Assembly: GCA_951813565.1 (NCBI GenBank)
Contig: OX638351.1
Coordinates: forward strand, 1,792,001 to 1,856,000
Origin: an uncultured Poribacteria bacterium
GTDB taxonomy: Bacteria; Poribacteria; WGA-4E; WGA-3G
Direction of reading: 5' to 3'
Length of the DNA: 64,000 bases
Both the position numbers and the translations under genes were made by a program. Below the pieces are notes generated by a model, which worked only from the letters and a program-made list of their open reading frames with translations, was not told the DNA's origin and did no database searches. Positions 51,929 to 62,069 of the stretch are shown in pieces. Numbering within the stretch: the first letter of the stretch is position 1; the number at the start of each line of letters is the position of its first letter.

Positions 51929-53311
51929 GTCATAGCACCCACAGCGTAAACGCTGGGGCTTGTGCTTCGTAGCAGTTAGCGTTGTTCTCCGAAGAGAACA
52001 CCCGTCTCACATCTGCTCCACAAGGGGTTCTAAGCAGCCCCGAAGTATATTGATAGCAGCGTTTATATCTCTATCGTGGTGTGAACCACATTCATTGCAT
52101 ATCCACTGCCTATCTGCAAGAGAAAGATTATTGTTAGAATGTCCGCAGTTGCTACAAGGTTTTGTTGTAGCCATCCATTGCCCGACTTGATGGCATGCAC
52201 GATTATGTTTGAAACATTTGAACTTCAAAATCTCAACGAACTGGTAAAAGCCAAGATCGGAGACTTTACGTCCCCAGAGGCGTTTCATTCCATCAAGGTT
52301 GAGCGTTTCAGTGGCGATAATATCAAAACGTCTGCAGAGGTCAGTGGCAACTTTCCAATGCCAGTCTCTGCGTTGGCTGCTACTTTTGATATAGAGGCGT
52401 GTGAGTTGTCTGATAGCACGATACCAGTTGTTAGAACCTTTAACTTTGCGACTCACGCTTTTATTCAGTTTGCGAAGTTGTTTCAAAGATTGTTTATGGA
52501 ACTGCGGAGACTCTATTTTTTCACCAGTGCTGATTGTCAGAAAAGTTTTCAAACCGAAGTCTACGCCCACGCTCTCACCTGTTTGTTGCATAGGTTCGGT
52601 AGAAGTATTATCGGTGATGATATAGAGCCAGTATTCACCAGCATTATCACGAAGGATTTGGATATATCGGACATCTCCGTGCCAGTTGGGGTGTTGATGG
52701 AAAGAGAACCAAACACGATTGACTTTCAAAGATTTAGAATGCATGTCCCACGATTTGAAAGAGAGACGCACACGCCCATCTTCAAGTTTGTAGCCTGTTT
52801 GGAACTTAGCAGAACGGTATCTATGTTTTCGCTTCGGTTTCGGATGACCGCCTTGACCAGCAAAGAAACGTTGGTATGCGTCATGGATACGGATAATCGC
52901 AGCGTCAAGGGTGTCACGAGGTATCCAAGCCCAATGTTTATGGGTACGTTTCAGCAACTTGGTAAGATGCGGTTGCAACTTGTATCTACCAGCATATTTG
53001 CCGTAGATGCGGTAATATCGCTTTTCAAGACGCAGAAAGTGATTATGCACATCACACAAGTCATCAAGCATGTTGCCCAAACGTTTGTTCTTTGGGTGAT
53101 TGCGTCCCTTATATTTATAGGTTCGCATTACTTTACTCCAGCATTACTTCCGATTCCATTCGGTTTCGGTAGAGACCACCTCATGCGAGGTGGATGGAAT
53201 TCTCTACCTGTAATGCTGAGAATAGTATAACACACTTGGCACATAATTGTCAAGCAAAAAAAGAACGGGCATTCCTCCCCGACCTAAAGCAACGGGGTCT
53301 CCTGCCCGAAG
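51929..53311 (-). mobile_element. IS200/IS605-family element, TnpB only
   Basis: Minus strand: CAAT|CTTCGGGCAGGAGACCCCGTTGCTTTAGGTCGGGGAGG left end; CCCCAGCGTTTACGCTGTGGGTGCTATGAC right end. Confidence 0.85.
52007..53128 (-). CDS. tnpB: RNA-guided endonuclease TnpB
   Basis: GVDFGLKTF, IATETLN, CSNCG...CNECG, DRDINAAINIL. Confidence 0.95.
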   Translation of the reverse strand: MRTYKYKGRNHPKNKRLGNMLDDLCDVHNHFLRLEKRYYRIYGKYAGRYKLQPHLTKLLKRTHKHWAWIPRDTLDAAIIRIHDAYQRFFAGQGGHPKPKRKHRYRSAKFQTGYKLEDGRVRLSFKSWDMHSKSLKVNRVWFSFHQHPNWHGDVRYIQILRDNAGEYWLYIITDNTSTEPMQQTGESVGVDFGLKTFLTISTGEKIESPQFHKQSLKQLRKLNKSVSRKVKGSNNWYRAIRQLTRLYIKSSSQRRDWHWKVATDLCRRFDIIATETLNLDGMKRLWGRKVSDLGFYQFVEILKFKCFKHNRACHQVGQWMATTKPCSNCGHSNNNLSLADRQWICNECGSHHDRDINAAINILRGCLEPLVEQM

Positions 53312-53327
53312 ATTGATGACGGATATA

Positions 53328-53485
53328 TTCCAGCACTCCAGCGGAGTGCCATGTCTATAGAAAACCCAATATCCAAACTCCCACACTCCAGCGGAGTGCT
53401 ATGTGTGATAAAATTACGGACCGCTCCGCTGGAGCGGAAACGCTGGAGCGGATAGCTGCTATAAACATATTGCTCCGCTGGAGCA
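53328..53485. repeat. REP-like cluster
   Basis: CACTCCAGCGGAGTG twice and GCTCCGCTGGAGC twice. Confidence 0.75.
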
Positions 53486-53515
53486 AAGGCGGACATTTTA
53501 AGTGATGCCTTCTTA

Positions 53516-53671
53516 TACCATTTCTAAAAATGAGACTTCATTGTGAAATTATCGGTTCAAGCTGAGTTGAAGAATGTCCGAGGCGCAATGAATTGCGCTT
53601 GGTGAATGTGCGTCCGACATTCACATTAAACGCGTTTTTTGTTAATGAAAGGCGATCAATTAGAAACAGTA
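53516..53671. mobile_element. MITE with IS630-like ends
   Basis: TTA|TACCATTTCTA...TAGAAACAGTA|TTA. Confidence 0.8.
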
Positions 53672-53744
53672 TTATAATGTTAAGGCACAAAAATAGGTTA
53701 AAAAGGGTGCATAATATGAATAATGCAAGTTTCAATGTATATTA

Positions 53745-54188
53745 ACGTGAGTTTGATAATTAGACCTAAATGTAGATGTCCGTTGGGTAGAGCGAAGCGA
53801 AACCTATAGGCGTCAATTTAGTGCCTGATTTTCTTGTGGGAGGGCTTTCTAAGCCCGATATTGTGAGGCTCAAAACGTTATATCGGGGTTGAAAACCCGA
53901 CAAATGCCAAAAAGCGCATTTGGCGTTGATTTGGCAGCATGCCAAACGCGCATGCTGCGTTGATTCGCTCCCACAATAGGATATATCCTAAAATTGACGC
54001 CTATGAGTAGAGCGAAGCGAAACCCAACAATTCAACCGTCTTGGAAGTAATTTAAAGTTGAGTTTCACTCATTTTCCTGTTATTTCGGCATCAAATGGAG
54101 AAAAAATCTCTCTTTTATGTCCGATTTTTTGTTTATTCCGTTCTACCCAACGGACAGTGGTTATTGAATTTTATTATCAAACTCACGT
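53745..54188. mobile_element. Non-autonomous IS982-derived MITE with nested repeats
   Basis: Same ACGTGAGTTTGATAA IR as the IS982; TATATTA duplicated on both flanks. Confidence 0.88.
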
Positions 54189-54288
54189 TATATTACGAAA
54201 GCGCTGCACGAGAATTGGATGGATCAGACTTATCCCTATATTTCCTTGACATCATAAACGGATTTGTTGTAAAATTGAGTGAGCAAGG

Positions 54289-54699
54289 ATGGTTAGCAAA
54301 ATGCAACAAACATACACCAGAATCCAGTTACTCTCTATTTTCATAATCCTAACCTTGATCGGATGTGCGTCACACGACACGACAAGTGTCCAAGCGTACA
54401 ATCAGTTTGCCATAAAAGCAGCACAGGCAGGTCTTTGGAATGAAGCAATTTTTCGTTGGAAGCAAGCTGTATCTATTGACCCAGATAACGCTGCCACTCA
54501 CAACAACCTTGGCGTAGGTTACGAAGCTTTAGGTAAAATTACTGAGGCAGTGTCAGCATATCAACGTGCAACCGAACTTGATCCTGAAAGTAAATATTAC
54601 CGCATCAATTACCGCAGATGTCGCCTACATATTCGCCGAAGCGGAACCGACAGCGAAGAAACACTACCCGAATCCTCGGAAGAATCCGTAGGGAATTAA
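54289..54699 (+). CDS. TPR lipoprotein
   Basis: LIGC lipobox; GLWNEAIFRWKQAVSIDPDNAATHNNLGVGYE. Confidence 0.88.
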   Translation: MVSKMQQTYTRIQLLSIFIILTLIGCASHDTTSVQAYNQFAIKAAQAGLWNEAIFRWKQAVSIDPDNAATHNNLGVGYEALGKITEAVSAYQRATELDPESKYYRINYRRCRLHIRRSGTDSEETLPESSEESVGN

Positions 54700-54715
54700 T
54701 CAGGGAACCTTCCCG

Positions 54716-55471
54716 ATGCAGAAAAAAATCAAATCTCTCATTTTGCAATCTTATAAGCGACAGATAACAATATGTGCCTTGGTTATGATGACCTTAATGC
54801 TATGTGCCTGTGGCAGCAAGGTAGCGCGCGTTTCTATTCCAATTAAGGTGCAATCCGAAATTGATATTGATACCTATTCAAACTTTGCCGTGCTACCTTT
54901 TGTCAGTGAGAAAAACGCTACAAAACTTGATGGAATACCAGTTAAAACAGGAAACGAAATTGCTGAAATTCTAAGAAGCGGTTTAACACGACAAAAACAT
55001 TTTAAGGTCGTAAACAAACAAGAAACTACACGATTAATGACTGGTGAAGAGGTAGGAGAAGAATGGCTTGTGAATACCGAGCGATTAAGCGAGTTAGGTC
55101 GATACTTTGAAGTCAAAGGTATCATCGTCGGAAGTTATCAATTTAAAACCGATACCCGACCAAGACGCTACTACGGTGAACGATACTCAACCCGTCAACA
55201 ACGTTATGTCATGGATTATCAGGACTATATGCAGAAAACCTATATTCTTGCACTCCGTGTGATAATAATTGATGTTGATACCGAAAAAATTATCTGGGAT
55301 GAAGCATATCTTCAAAAAACAGCAGAGGCACATTCTATCGGTTCCTTCGTCTTTTCGCAGATGGCACCGCAGGAAACCACGTTAAGAGAACTTAGCAAAC
55401 GCGCTGCCTACGAATTTACACGCGATATTTCACCACACTATGAACAAGAGGACCGATTCCTGATGCGGTAG
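54716..55471 (+). CDS. Lipoprotein, CsgG/LpoB-like fold
   Basis: LCAC lipobox; FAVLPF, RVIIIDVDTEKIIW. Confidence 0.75.
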   Translation: MQKKIKSLILQSYKRQITICALVMMTLMLCACGSKVARVSIPIKVQSEIDIDTYSNFAVLPFVSEKNATKLDGIPVKTGNEIAEILRSGLTRQKHFKVVNKQETTRLMTGEEVGEEWLVNTERLSELGRYFEVKGIIVGSYQFKTDTRPRRYYGERYSTRQQRYVMDYQDYMQKTYILALRVIIIDVDTEKIIWDEAYLQKTAEAHSIGSFVFSQMAPQETTLRELSKRAAYEFTRDISPHYEQEDRFLMR

Positions 55472-55562
55472 ATACCTCATCATTAGAATGTCCTTTAGAT
55501 ACTTGCGTTGTCATCATTTTGAAATCCCAATCTTAATTCCAAATTTAGTCCGGTAAAAACTG

Positions 55563-58451
55563 ATGAACACTCTGAAAAAACTCACAGCAAAAAACATATT
55601 CGCCGATATTAGAATCACGCGTCTTTTTCTCTGTTTTTGCCTAACGATGCTCATTTCATCAAACGTTTTTGCGCAAGGTTTTGGAAAAAACAAGATTACT
55701 GCACAACGTGATTGGCATATCCATCGCACAGAACATTTTGACATCTACTACTACCCCAGCGAAGCCAAACTTGTGCCGGTGATGGCTGCCATCGCAGAGG
55801 ACGCTTATGAAAAACATAGCGAAGACTTTGAACACGAACTTGAAAACAAAACGCCGCTAATCCTTTACAAATCACATAAAGATTTTCAAGAAACCAATAT
55901 CATACTTCAGGAACTACACGAAGGCATCGGAGGCTTTGCTGAACTCTTCAAACACCGTATTGTCATTCCCTTTACAGGTTCACTGGAAGCATTTCGCGAA
56001 GTTATTTTTCATGAGCTTATCCACATCTTTCAATACGATATTCTCTATCAAAAACCCCATGCAAGCATCTATAGTGGTGAGTTTCTCTACTCTCCACCTA
56101 TATGGTTCATGGAAGGAATGGCGGATTATTTTGCTGAAGATAACGATGCTATCGGCGAAATGGTATTGAGAGATGCAAGTATCAATAATAATATTGTGCC
56201 TTTGACAGAGTTACAGAACTTTAATCGACTGAGTTCACCTTATCTCGGATATAAGATGGGGCAGTTGGCTGTTGCGCATCTTGTACAGACTTATGGACGA
56301 GAAAAAATCGCTGAGATTCTGCAAGGCTTAAGACAGAGTCGAAGAAAAGATATAGATTCAGTTTTTAAAAACGTCTTGGGAGTAAGTCTTGCAGAATTTG
56401 ACAAAGAATGGCGACAAATGATGCGAAAACGTTATTGGCCATTGATTCAGGATATGGAACTACCGAACATCGCTGCCAAGATACTTACCGAAGAAGCAAG
56501 ATTCTCTCATAATATTAAACCTGTATGGTCACCCAGTGGTGATATTATTGCTTATATTACCGGTAATGAAGGATTTTTGGAAATTGTCCTGATGTCTGCC
56601 AAAACTGGGCAACGGCTTGATCGGATTACGAAACGCTTATTCCGTAATAAATACGAGGAAATCCGCACCGATTCCAGTGGATTTGATCAAAGCCTGGCAT
56701 GGGCACCCGATGGAGACCATATTGCCTTCATTGGCAAACATCACAATGCAAATTACCTATTTGAAGTCAATATCCTTACGCATAAATTGACACATTATAC
56801 CAAGCTTGATTTCGACGCTGCCACTTCACCTAATTACGACAGAAGTGGAAAGCAAATCGTTTTTTCCGCCTTAAAGGAAGGGCAAACAGACCTTTATATT
56901 ATTGATCTGGAAACCGAAACGATTGATAGATTAACCCAAGACCCCTTTAATGATACACATCCGTCTTGGCATCCAACAAAAAATGCAATTGTTTACGCTT
57001 CAGAACGAGAACGTAAAAATAGACTCGTGTTAATTGATATCGACCAACGGACCGAACAGACTCTCACAGGCAGCACCTCAAATGCAATCAGTCCCGTATG
57101 GATGTCCGATGGAAAAACTGTTTTATTTTCTGATGATCGTACCGGAGTCTTTGACGCATACAAACTCCACATCGCTGACATGCAAGTAACACGTCTTACT
57201 AACTTTATAACAGGCTGTTCCAACCCAAGTTTTTCACCTGATGAGAAGCGGCTGTTGTTTAGTGCTTATCAAGATGGGAAATATGATATCTGTGTAATGG
57301 AATCAGCAAACATACTCGACGAAAAAATTGAGACCCCCTCGTTAGAAACACAATCGGTTCCTATCGTTTTAGATTCTGATACCCCTGAACCAAATTATAG
57401 AATTGCGAAACGGAAGTACAGTACAAAATCTACTTTCCGTCTTGATGCCATTTTCCCGCAATTTAGTTATGGTGCAGATGGACTACTCCGTAGCCAAATT
57501 CAGATGAGTGCCAGCGATATGTTAGGTAATCATCGCGTGGAAGTTAATGTGATTAATCAATCAGGTGGATATCTTCTTCCGGATTTTATCGCGCAATACG
57601 GGTTTTTGACGCATCGTGCTGATATTGGTGCAGTAGTTTATAACTACCATCAATACCATCAGCGCGGGATTTTACAACGTGTTACGGGACTCGGCGGCTA
57701 TCTGAGCTATCCATTTGACCGGTATCGTCGGTTAGACCTTCAGTTTTCAATGTATACAACACCGTTCTCCTATAATTATCAGACAAGCGAGCCTTTTAAC
57801 TATTATGATCGCGGACTTCTCTCGCTCGGTTCCATCGCTTTTGTCGGTGATAACACAATGTGGAGAGAGTGGGCACCCTACAGAGGCGCGCGTTATCGCT
57901 TTGAAATAGAACGTTCATTTCCAGCTATTGGCAGCCAGTTAGCCCTTACAAACGCCATTTTCGATTTCCGAAATTATTTCGGTTTAGGGAGACGGTCCAC
58001 CATTGCCACCCGACTGCTGCTTGGTGGTAGTTTTGGCACTGACAGGTCTCTCTTTTATCTCGGCGGAATTGATACGCTCCGCGGTTATAATTACGAAGAC
58101 CTCGTCGGTTCTCGTATCGGACTGTTTAACGTTGAACTACGTATTCCGTTCATAGATGTTCTATATTTCGGGTGGCCAATTCGTTGGTCAATCGGCGGCA
58201 TCGGAGGTATCCTCTTTGCTGACTTCGGCGGCACATGGGCAAATTGGCAATACGGTCCCGATAACCCTTTCCAAGCACTCCGACGTGATGGCAATCGCAT
58301 CCGTCTTGTAGATATAAAAGGATCAGTAGGCATTGGACTTAGGCTAAAACTTGGCGTGTTCTCTTTAGATTTTGCTGCCGCACGCCACACTGATTTAGCA
58401 AGCATCAAACCGGGATTCAAATATCACTTTGGTTTAGGACAAGCATTTTAG
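55563..58451 (+). CDS. Outer-membrane protein: HExxH peptidase (MA) + TolB/PD40 propeller + Omp85/BamA-type barrel
   Basis: QGFGKNK, HELIH...WFMEGMADY, WSPSG/FSPDE repeats, LRGY, terminal F. Confidence 0.88.
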   Translation: MNTLKKLTAKNIFADIRITRLFLCFCLTMLISSNVFAQGFGKNKITAQRDWHIHRTEHFDIYYYPSEAKLVPVMAAIAEDAYEKHSEDFEHELENKTPLILYKSHKDFQETNIILQELHEGIGGFAELFKHRIVIPFTGSLEAFREVIFHELIHIFQYDILYQKPHASIYSGEFLYSPPIWFMEGMADYFAEDNDAIGEMVLRDASINNNIVPLTELQNFNRLSSPYLGYKMGQLAVAHLVQTYGREKIAEILQGLRQSRRKDIDSVFKNVLGVSLAEFDKEWRQMMRKRYWPLIQDMELPNIAAKILTEEARFSHNIKPVWSPSGDIIAYITGNEGFLEIVLMSAKTGQRLDRITKRLFRNKYEEIRTDSSGFDQSLAWAPDGDHIAFIGKHHNANYLFEVNILTHKLTHYTKLDFDAATSPNYDRSGKQIVFSALKEGQTDLYIIDLETETIDRLTQDPFNDTHPSWHPTKNAIVYASERERKNRLVLIDIDQRTEQTLTGSTSNAISPVWMSDGKTVLFSDDRTGVFDAYKLHIADMQVTRLTNFITGCSNPSFSPDEKRLLFSAYQDGKYDICVMESANILDEKIETPSLETQSVPIVLDSDTPEPNYRIAKRKYSTKSTFRLDAIFPQFSYGADGLLRSQIQMSASDMLGNHRVEVNVINQSGGYLLPDFIAQYGFLTHRADIGAVVYNYHQYHQRGILQRVTGLGGYLSYPFDRYRRLDLQFSMYTTPFSYNYQTSEPFNYYDRGLLSLGSIAFVGDNTMWREWAPYRGARYRFEIERSFPAIGSQLALTNAIFDFRNYFGLGRRSTIATRLLLGGSFGTDRSLFYLGGIDTLRGYNYEDLVGSRIGLFNVELRIPFIDVLYFGWPIRWSIGGIGGILFADFGGTWANWQYGPDNPFQALRRDGNRIRLVDIKGSVGIGLRLKLGVFSLDFAAARHTDLASIKPGFKYHFGLGQAF

Positions 58452-58496
58452 TTGGCTTATCGGCATGCGCTTGAATATAGATAGAATATAGGAGAT

Positions 58497-61400
58497 ATGT
58501 TCCAAAAAGACATAATCCAGACACAAGGAGAAAAAATGGATTCACGGATCAAACGTTATATCATCACTATTGCAATTTTAGCTATCCTTGCGGGTATTTT
58601 TACCGCCTGGGTCAATATTTATCCAGATTATTTATGGTTTGAGATGGTGGAAAAGATAAACATTTACACCAAAATTCTCACAACAAAAATCTTCGTGGGT
58701 GTAGTCGTTGGGGTTGTCTATCTTGCTATCCTCTTGGTAAATATCTTCATAATTCATCGGTTCACACCTGCACATCTCAGTCCCGCTTTCATGGGCGGCA
58801 CTGAATTCACCGGTGGACAAACCGATACTCGAAAAATGATTTACGGAGGACTTACGCTGCTCGCAATCCTTTTCAGCATTTTAATGGGATATTCAGCGAC
58901 CGATCGATGGGAAGTCTTTTTGCGATATACGCACGCTGAAAATCTAAATTTCCAGTCTGCTACACCTATAGTTGTTGAAAATAACCTCAATTCAGACGAA
59001 ATCACTGTCCCAACGTTAGAACTTGAGGCAAAGAACATACAGGTAGGCGATGAGGTAAACGTTTACATTGATGGGGATGAGCCAATTACCGCACAAGTTG
59101 AAGAGGTAATAACAAGAGGTATTGAACGGGCGGGTGCTCAAAATACAATACCGGTCGGTTTGCGTTTGAACACACCGGTTCAGATAGAGAGTGGACAAAA
59201 AGCGTATTTCACATCACTTGCTCGTGATCCGATTTTTGATAAGGATATTGCCTATTACGTCTTCAAAATGCCGATGGAGCGGTACGTCATCGGCACACTA
59301 TTTGGCATCTTTCTATTAGTTACAATTTTTGCTGTGATTATCTACTTTTTCCATGGATTGATAACAGGTGAAACAAACGAACTTCGCTTTCGCCCGCCTT
59401 TCCGAGTGAAAGCACATCTGTTCACTTTGGTAGGGTTAACACTTATATTCCGCGGTTGGAACTACCGCTATGTAATGTTTGACCTGCTGCATACCTCAAA
59501 CGATGTTGTGCGAGGCGGTGGTGGATACGCTGCAATGAATGCCCGTTACCCTGTTTTATGGATTATGTTGGTAATAACTGGTTTGTGTGCTGCTGTTTTC
59601 ATCATTAGCATCTTCCTGCGGCGCAACACTTTTGCTTTTGCTGGATTCATAATCTTCATAATCGCTGGTTTTGTTGGACAATTGTATCCAAAACTTATAC
59701 AGACATGGCGAGTTGAACCTAACAAACAGGTATTAGAACAGAAATATATTAACTATAATATCAAAGCAACGCTCCATGCTTATGGCTTAGAAAATAATAA
59801 GGTGACCGAAGAAGAGTATCCACTGACAGAGAAACTCTCCTATGCTGACATAACAAGTCCCGAAAATCAGCCTGTTATCAATAGTATCCGCCTCTGGGAT
59901 TGGCGTCCGATACGCAGAATCTTCCGGCAACTGCAAGAATTACGTTCACAGTACGATTTCTATGATGTAGACATTGACAGATACACTGTTAATGACACCA
60001 TTCAGCAAGTGATGCTTTCTGCACGCGAGTTAAACATCAATGAACTCCCGGATGCTGTCAAAAATGATTGGTACAAGCAGACCTATACCTATACGCACGG
60101 CTACGGAGCTGTCGTCAGTCCTGTGAACGAAATTGAGAACGGTAACCCTAATATGTACATCAGAGGATTACCACCTATTGAGTATGAATCCCAATGGCCG
60201 GATAGGTTTAACACAGAACCAGGGCCCCGAATTTACTACGGGGAGCGTACCGACAGGTACGTCATCGTTCATCCAGAACGCACTGAATTAAAACTTGAGT
60301 TCGACTATCCACAAGAGGGTCAACAGTACGTGGACTACGCCTATCAAGGTAATGGAGGTGTGGTGCTATCTTCTTTCTGGCGCAAACTTGTCTACATGCT
60401 CAAGTTTAATAATGAAATTAAGTTTGTCCTACCCGGTGAAATTACATCAGCAAGTAAAGTGCTTTACGAGCGAAATATCAAAAAGCGGATTCACAAGATC
60501 GCTCCCTTCTTGCGCTACGATGGGGACCCGTACGCCGTTATTCATGAGGGGAAACTTGTATGGATAATTGATGCGTATACGATCACGCACCGATACCCTT
60601 ATTCCGTTTCAATGCAAGAGTTTATTCAACGGAGAAGACAACCAGGAGGTGTGAGTCAAAGAGGCGGAGAACCTTGGGGAAACTATATTCGAAATTCTGT
60701 CAAGGTCGTAGTTGATGCTTACGATGGCACAGTTAATTTTTACCTCATTGAACAGGAACGCGATCCGATTGCTGAATGCTATCGCAAGATTTTCCCAGAC
60801 CTTTTCAAGAGTTTTGATGAGATGCCTGCTGACTTAAAAGCACACATACGTTACCCAACTACGATGTTCCTTATCCAGTCTCGTGTCTATCAAGATTATC
60901 ACATGAAAGACCCAATCACATTTTATGCTGGTGAAGACCAATGGGAAATCGGAACGGAATTGTACGACAATACAGACACGCAGATTAGACAAACCAGCAT
61001 GCCGCAGCAAACCAGTCCTCTTACCCCACAACGGATAGTTGAAAAGAGCTTACCCAGTAATGTCCAACCAGTTGAACCTTACTATGTCGTTCTCAGGCTA
61101 CCTGGGGAAGAGAATGCTGAATTTATGTTGATGTTGCCGTTCACACCACGGAATAAACCGAATCTTATCGCATGGCTCGCCGCTCGATGCGATTTACCGC
61201 AATATGGCCAACTCCTTGTCTATCGATTTCCGAAACAGGAATTAGTTTCCGGACCGATGCAGGTTGAAAACTTTATTAGCCAAAAACCTGAAATTTCACA
61301 GCAAATCAGCCTATGGAACACACAAGGCACACGGGTACTTCGCGGCAACCTACTAATTATGCCGATGAATAATTCACTTCTTTATGTGGAACCGATTTAT

Positions 61401-61757
61401 ATCCAATCTGAAGATGAGGCGACCGCAATTCCCGAACTCCGACGCGTCGTTGTTAGCTACGAAGAGAATGACAATCTCCATGTCGTTTGGGGCGAAACGC
61501 TTGATGAAGCACTCAGAGAAATGTTTGTAAGAAGAATAGGAGGGCAAACCGAACTCACGGCTACAGTTGATGGCACACTTGAAGCAACTGACCTCCCAGA
61601 AACCGCTACATCGTTGCGCGGGCTAATTGAGCAGGCAAATAACTATTATAATAGCGCACAACAAGCACAACGCAACGGTAACTGGACAGAATACGGACGC
61701 AATGTTGAACTCTTAGAGCAAACCTTGAAACAACTTGATGCAAACACGCAACAGTAA
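58497..61757 (+). CDS. UPF0182 family membrane protein
   Basis: DYLWF, DPIFDKDIAYYVF, IRLWD, DVDIDRY, YTHGYG, YIRNSVKVVVDAYDGTV, LLYVEPIY. Confidence 0.95.
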   Translation: MFQKDIIQTQGEKMDSRIKRYIITIAILAILAGIFTAWVNIYPDYLWFEMVEKINIYTKILTTKIFVGVVVGVVYLAILLVNIFIIHRFTPAHLSPAFMGGTEFTGGQTDTRKMIYGGLTLLAILFSILMGYSATDRWEVFLRYTHAENLNFQSATPIVVENNLNSDEITVPTLELEAKNIQVGDEVNVYIDGDEPITAQVEEVITRGIERAGAQNTIPVGLRLNTPVQIESGQKAYFTSLARDPIFDKDIAYYVFKMPMERYVIGTLFGIFLLVTIFAVIIYFFHGLITGETNELRFRPPFRVKAHLFTLVGLTLIFRGWNYRYVMFDLLHTSNDVVRGGGGYAAMNARYPVLWIMLVITGLCAAVFIISIFLRRNTFAFAGFIIFIIAGFVGQLYPKLIQTWRVEPNKQVLEQKYINYNIKATLHAYGLENNKVTEEEYPLTEKLSYADITSPENQPVINSIRLWDWRPIRRIFRQLQELRSQYDFYDVDIDRYTVNDTIQQVMLSARELNINELPDAVKNDWYKQTYTYTHGYGAVVSPVNEIENGNPNMYIRGLPPIEYESQWPDRFNTEPGPRIYYGERTDRYVIVHPERTELKLEFDYPQEGQQYVDYAYQGNGGVVLSSFWRKLVYMLKFNNEIKFVLPGEITSASKVLYERNIKKRIHKIAPFLRYDGDPYAVIHEGKLVWIIDAYTITHRYPYSVSMQEFIQRRRQPGGVSQRGGEPWGNYIRNSVKVVVDAYDGTVNFYLIEQERDPIAECYRKIFPDLFKSFDEMPADLKAHIRYPTTMFLIQSRVYQDYHMKDPITFYAGEDQWEIGTELYDNTDTQIRQTSMPQQTSPLTPQRIVEKSLPSNVQPVEPYYVVLRLPGEENAEFMLMLPFTPRNKPNLIAWLAARCDLPQYGQLLVYRFPKQELVSGPMQVENFISQKPEISQQISLWNTQGTRVLRGNLLIMPMNNSLLYVEPIYIQSEDEATAIPELRRVVVSYEENDNLHVVWGETLDEALREMFVRRIGGQTELTATVDGTLEATDLPETATSLRGLIEQANNYYNSAQQAQRNGNWTEYGRNVELLEQTLKQLDANTQQ

Positions 61758-61817
61758 TCAAGGAATTTCATAATACGGCATGTAAAACCCTACGATTATA
61801 GAGAGGAGGTGAAACAG

Positions 61818-62063
61818 ATGTCTCTTGATTGGAAACCACGTCACAGGGATATGGTAATTGGCGGCATACCTTGGCTCGCAAGAATTTCTGATAAAGCTAA
61901 CGCAAAACTGCAAGGCATCATCGGTGAATACATATATCCGTGACCACAAGATAAAATGTTCCTGGAGGAACATAAGATATCTGCTGAGGATTTTGTTGAA
62001 ATAGTAAAAAACAATCCCTCAGATGATGAAATGATTGCTGCTATAAAGAAGTTGAGCAGTTAA
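61818..62063 (+). CDS. DUF5069-like small selenoprotein (UGA at 61941-61943)
   Basis: AGGAGGTG RBS; MSLDWKPRHRDMVIGGIPWLARISDKANAKLQGIIGEYIYP-U-PQDKMFLEEHKISAEDFVEIVKNNPSDDEMIAAIKKLSS; hairpin 61956-61973. Confidence 0.82.
61956..61973 (+). promoter_or_regulatory. Candidate bacterial SECIS hairpin
   Basis: ATGTTCC-TGGA-GGAACAT, 12 nt after the UGA. Confidence 0.75.
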
Positions 62064-62069
62064 CACAAT

